A DNA stretch of 28,934 nucleotides from a virus (taxonomy: Duplodnaviria; Caudoviricetes), in IMG/VR virus record IMGVR_UViG_3300042988_000877, positions 1 through 28,934 of that record; one strand, 5' to 3'. A model generated the notes under the pieces. The model saw only the letters and a program-made list of their open reading frames with translations. It did no database searches and was not told the DNA's origin. Both the position numbers and the translations under genes were made by a program. This document shows, in pieces, positions 26,657 through 28,934 of this stretch. The number at the start of each line of letters is the position of its first letter. Within the stretch, counting starts at the first letter, position 1.

Positions 26657-27631
26657 ATGGCGAGCATCCGAAAAGCAGGAAAGAAGTTTCTGGCCGAGGT
26701 ACGCATCAAGGGAGCGAACCGCAGTAAGACCTTCTTCACGAAGCGCGAGGCGCAGGAATGGGCTTTTGAGCAAGAGAGGCTCCTTGGTAAGCACGGGAAC
26801 GCCCTCCCATCTAAAACCTTTGGGCAGGCAATGCAACGCTATGCTGAGGAGATAAGCCCCACCCGGAAGGGATACCGCTGGGAGAAGGTGCGGCTTGCCA
26901 AGCTACAGCGCGACAGAATTGCCAATATCGCCCTGATTCATCTGCGCCGGGAGGACTTCGAGGACTGGATAGGGCGCCAGACTGTCAGCAAGGCCAGCAT
27001 CCGGCGGGAGTTGACCCTGATGCAGTCGGTGTTGAAGAAGTGCCGCACCGCATGGAAATGGATGGTGGAGAACCCCTTCACGGATCTGGAACGGCCAAAG
27101 GCTTCCCGGCCCCGCTTCAAACGCTGGCCGGATGAGAACATAGCGCGGTTGTTGGTGGCCCTGCAATATGCTGAGGGGCAACCCGTCACAAAGACGCGCC
27201 AGATTATCGCCGTAGGGTTCCTGTTTGCGCTGGAAACGGCCATGCGTCAGGGGGAGATCTGGGGGCTTGAGTGGCAGGATATAGACCTTGAGGCGCGCAC
27301 GGCGCATCTCAGAGAGACAAAGAACGGAAGCACCCGAGACGTGCCGCTGTCAGGCAGGGCGGTGACACTGCTCAAGAGCCTGCCGGGGGAGAGGCTGGGC
27401 AGGGTGTTTAACACCTGCCAGACAAGCTCCGCCACGATATTCAGGAGGGCGGTGCAGGAGAGCGGGAATCAGGGGCTAACCTTCCATGATTCGCGCCATG
27501 AAGCGATTACCAGGCTTTCTAGGAAGCTGGGGCATCTGGAACTGGCGCGGATGGTGGGGCATAACGATTTGCGGTCTTTGAACGTGTACTATAACCCAAC
27601 CGCGAGCGAGCTGGCGAAGAAGCTCGACTAG
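26657..27631 (+). CDS. int: Tyrosine recombinase / phage integrase
   Basis: N-terminal MASIRK...AEVR arm-binding-like domain and catalytic residues R (TAMRQGEI), K (ETKNG), HxxR (FHDSRH), H (VGH) and Y (NVYY). Confidence 0.96.
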   Translation: MASIRKAGKKFLAEVRIKGANRSKTFFTKREAQEWAFEQERLLGKHGNALPSKTFGQAMQRYAEEISPTRKGYRWEKVRLAKLQRDRIANIALIHLRREDFEDWIGRQTVSKASIRRELTLMQSVLKKCRTAWKWMVENPFTDLERPKASRPRFKRWPDENIARLLVALQYAEGQPVTKTRQIIAVGFLFALETAMRQGEIWGLEWQDIDLEARTAHLRETKNGSTRDVPLSGRAVTLLKSLPGERLGRVFNTCQTSSATIFRRAVQESGNQGLTFHDSRHEAITRLSRKLGHLELARMVGHNDLRSLNVYYNPTASELAKKLD

Positions 27632-27908
27632 GGCGGCGCTCAGACCATGCAATGATCTCGCGTGATTTCCACTTGCGGTTGCGGGTTCCCTCGCCAACGG
27701 GTTCAGGGAAGCCTGGCAGCTTGATTGTATGGGACAGGACTGCTTTTGCAGACGTGCGTAGATGCGTGGCGATTTCCTTGGCAGTCCACAGCTCAAGATC
27801 GTAGATGCTTGATTGTCGCGTCGGTTTATCCAGCCTGCGCTCGATGCCGTCCAGCTTGCCGAGAATCTGGTGAAGCACATCCGCTTCAATGGTGATTAAG
27901 TCGCTCAT
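27519..27908 (-). CDS. AlpA/excisionase-like winged-HTH protein (candidate recombination directionality factor)
   Basis: LWTAKEIATHL...LPGFPEP...RKWKSREIIAW. RBS GAGGA. Convergent with and overlapping the integrase 3' end. Confidence 0.8.
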   Translation of the reverse strand: MSDLITIEADVLHQILGKLDGIERRLDKPTRQSSIYDLELWTAKEIATHLRTSAKAVLSHTIKLPGFPEPVGEGTRNRKWKSREIIAWSERRPSRASSPARSRLGYSTRSKTANRYAPPSAPVPDAPAS

Positions 27909-27973
27909 ACTTCCTCGCTTTCGTATTTCTCCGCCATCACCTCAACGGCCTGTGCTTTTTGCTTAGCGTTCAT
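27905..27973 (-). CDS. 22-aa mini-ORF (MNAKQKAQAVEVMAEKYESEEV)
   Basis: GGAGGA upstream, TGATG overlap at its start and ATGA overlap with the xis-like gene. Confidence 0.55.
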   Translation of the reverse strand: MNAKQKAQAVEVMAEKYESEEV

Positions 27974-28089
27974 CAATCATCCTCCATTTTTTGCGTTTCC
28001 CCAGCGCTTTCCTCTGCATACCACTGTGGCTCAATAACCGGCTGGCAAGCGGTGAGGGTGAGAAGGAGGATTAGCGCGGCCCGGTTCAT
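27973..28089 (-). CDS. 38-aa putative lipoprotein (MNRAALILLLTLTA-CQPVIEPQWY...)
   Basis: Lipobox LTAC after a hydrophobic stretch; both ends overlap neighbouring ORFs. Confidence 0.62.
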   Translation of the reverse strand: MNRAALILLLTLTACQPVIEPQWYAEESAGETQKMEDD

Positions 28090-28229
28090 CTCTCGTCGTC
28101 TTTCTGTTGTGGTGGCTTGTGAAAAAGGAATTTCCATAGCGGCTTGATGTAAACATCATAAAGTATCCAAACAAACCCGCAGAGAATTATTAAGAACCCC
28201 GCTACATGCTCTGGTGAGTATATGAACAT
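28086..28229 (-). CDS. 47-aa single-TM membrane protein (MFIYSPEHVAGFLIILCGFVWILYDVYIKPLW...)
   Basis: TGATG and ATGA overlaps and one hydrophobic segment. Confidence 0.6.
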   Translation of the reverse strand: MFIYSPEHVAGFLIILCGFVWILYDVYIKPLWKFLFHKPPQQKDDER

Positions 28230-28564
28230 CACGCCCCCTGCTTTGCTGGTGGTTGCACAAGATTAAGCCTGAATAGCTCTTTCATCACGGCATCGGTAAT
28301 CTGGTTTTTCTGCGCGTATTCGATGCCGGTATAATCCGTGGCATGATACACGGCCTGTCGCACATCCTGCCACCCCTCCGGCATCGCCTCTGCCTGCTCG
28401 ATAAGGCGGTCAACTTTGGCAATACACGGCTTGGCAAGTTTGTACATTTCCTCTGCCGTGTTGTATGGAACCCAGCGACCATCGCCTAGCGCGTCATCTT
28501 CGCAGATGTCAGATAGCGCGGTGCGGATTTCTTCTAACTCTCGCTTCAATTCCTCAAGCATCAT
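28229..28564 (-). CDS. Hypothetical early-region protein (about 111 aa, MMLEELKRELEE...)
   Basis: GAGGGAGG directly upstream of tandem ATGs at 28564/28561, preferred to 28705. Contains an AMPEGW motif common in phage accessory genes. Confidence 0.7.
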   Translation of the reverse strand: MMLEELKRELEEIRTALSDICEDDALGDGRWVPYNTAEEMYKLAKPCIAKVDRLIEQAEAMPEGWQDVRQAVYHATDYTGIEYAQKNQITDAVMKELFRLNLVQPPAKQGA

Positions 28565-28766
28565 TGCCTCCCTCAAACTTAATGCCGTAGTTCTCGCAAT
28601 TCTCCTGGTCATATTTTTTGACATCGTAAGAGCCTTGACTTTCGGCCATTTCGATAAAAGCCTCATAGGCCATGTTCGTCGCCTCATCTTCATTCTCAGC
28701 TTCAATTACATCCTGGTAATCATCTCCACCGTAGCTAAAACCGTAAGTGATAATAAATTTAGGCAT
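28554..28766 (-). CDS. Acidic hypothetical protein (70 aa, MPKFIITYGF...IEAENEDEA)
   Basis: GAGGA RBS before ATG 28766. IEAENEDEA is a common small-phage-protein pattern. Confidence 0.68.
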   Translation of the reverse strand: MPKFIITYGFSYGGDDYQDVIEAENEDEATNMAYEAFIEMAESQGSYDVKKYDQENCENYGIKFEGGNDA

Positions 28767-28899
28767 CGGGTTCCTCATCTGGATTGGTGTAATAAGCGTC
28801 GAAACATTCTTCGCTGCACGTTTCATCAAAAAGCATAATGTCTATCGGCCCAAGTATGCCGCCGCAGACATGGCATCGTATCTCAGCTTGCGGCATCAT
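28759..28899 (-). CDS. 46-aa putative zinc-binding protein (CHVC-x15-CSEEC), not in the ORF track
   Basis: AGGAGG RBS; translation MMPQAEIRCHVCGGILGPIDIMLFDETCSEECFDAYYTNPDEEPDA; overlaps the next start. Confidence 0.65.
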   Translation of the reverse strand: MMPQAEIRCHVCGGILGPIDIMLFDETCSEECFDAYYTNPDEEPDA

Positions 28900-28934
28900 C
28901 CCCTCCTGTCTGGTTCGTTGCTTTCTTGATTTCT

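Larger units (their letters stand above)
26450..26657 (+). repeat. Integrase arm-type-like direct repeats TTGCGAATA flanking the core
   Basis: Exact copies at 26450-26458, 26636-26644 and 26647-26655. The first and third extend to TTGCGAATAAA. Confidence 0.75.
1..28934. mobile_element. Temperate tailed phage (podovirus-like), apparently in the unintegrated attP configuration; both ends run out of the window
   Basis: Scaffold, capsid, adaptor, tail, internal virion, lysis, attP, integrase and xis genes occur in canonical order. There are no host housekeeping genes, no tape-measure or sheath gene is recognisable, and phage genes lie on both sides of the att core. Confidence 0.93.

Noticed and set aside
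26516-26836. Track start at 26836 giving a 298-aa protease
   Set aside because: It would overlap the integrase 5' end head-to-head and translate the att repeats. Family similarity is confined to the last ~160 aa. The open frame itself is kept as a separate finding.
28416-28929. Plus-strand ORFs 28416..28838 and 28747..28929
   Set aside because: The minus strand has a coherent RBS-supported, overlap-coupled gene chain over the same interval.

Overview
The whole window is part of one temperate tailed-phage genome, probably podovirus-like. The host is Gram-negative (spanin genes) and probably alphaproteobacterial (inferred from the att core). The + strand carries a tightly coupled late operon: a 5'-truncated Ser/Thr-rich repeat structural protein, a scaffold, an N4-gp56-type major capsid protein and a putative decoration protein. 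These are followed by a glyco-modification block (a GT2, four small ORFs and a SAM-methyltransferase/GT9 fusion), a head-tail adaptor, a tail tube/nozzle-like protein and several internal virion proteins. Next comes a 2897-aa polyvalent protein (MutS-I-like, amino-DNA-methyltransferase, zincin peptidase and ADP-ribosyltransferase-like modules) and a lysis cassette. After lysis lie a minus-strand LapG/BTLCP-like cysteine protease, an apparently intact attP, a tyrosine integrase, and a convergent chain of small early genes ending in an AlpA/Xis-like gene. The attP has a tRNA-Leu 3'-end core, arm-like repeats and two 10-bp-phased repeat arrays. The most interesting candidates are a possible virion-glycosylation module inside the head operon, the multi-enzyme polyvalent protein with a direct-repeat-flanked ART cassette, and the LapG-like protease whose reading frame runs through the att core. 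All family calls come from motif recognition by eye; no database search was run.
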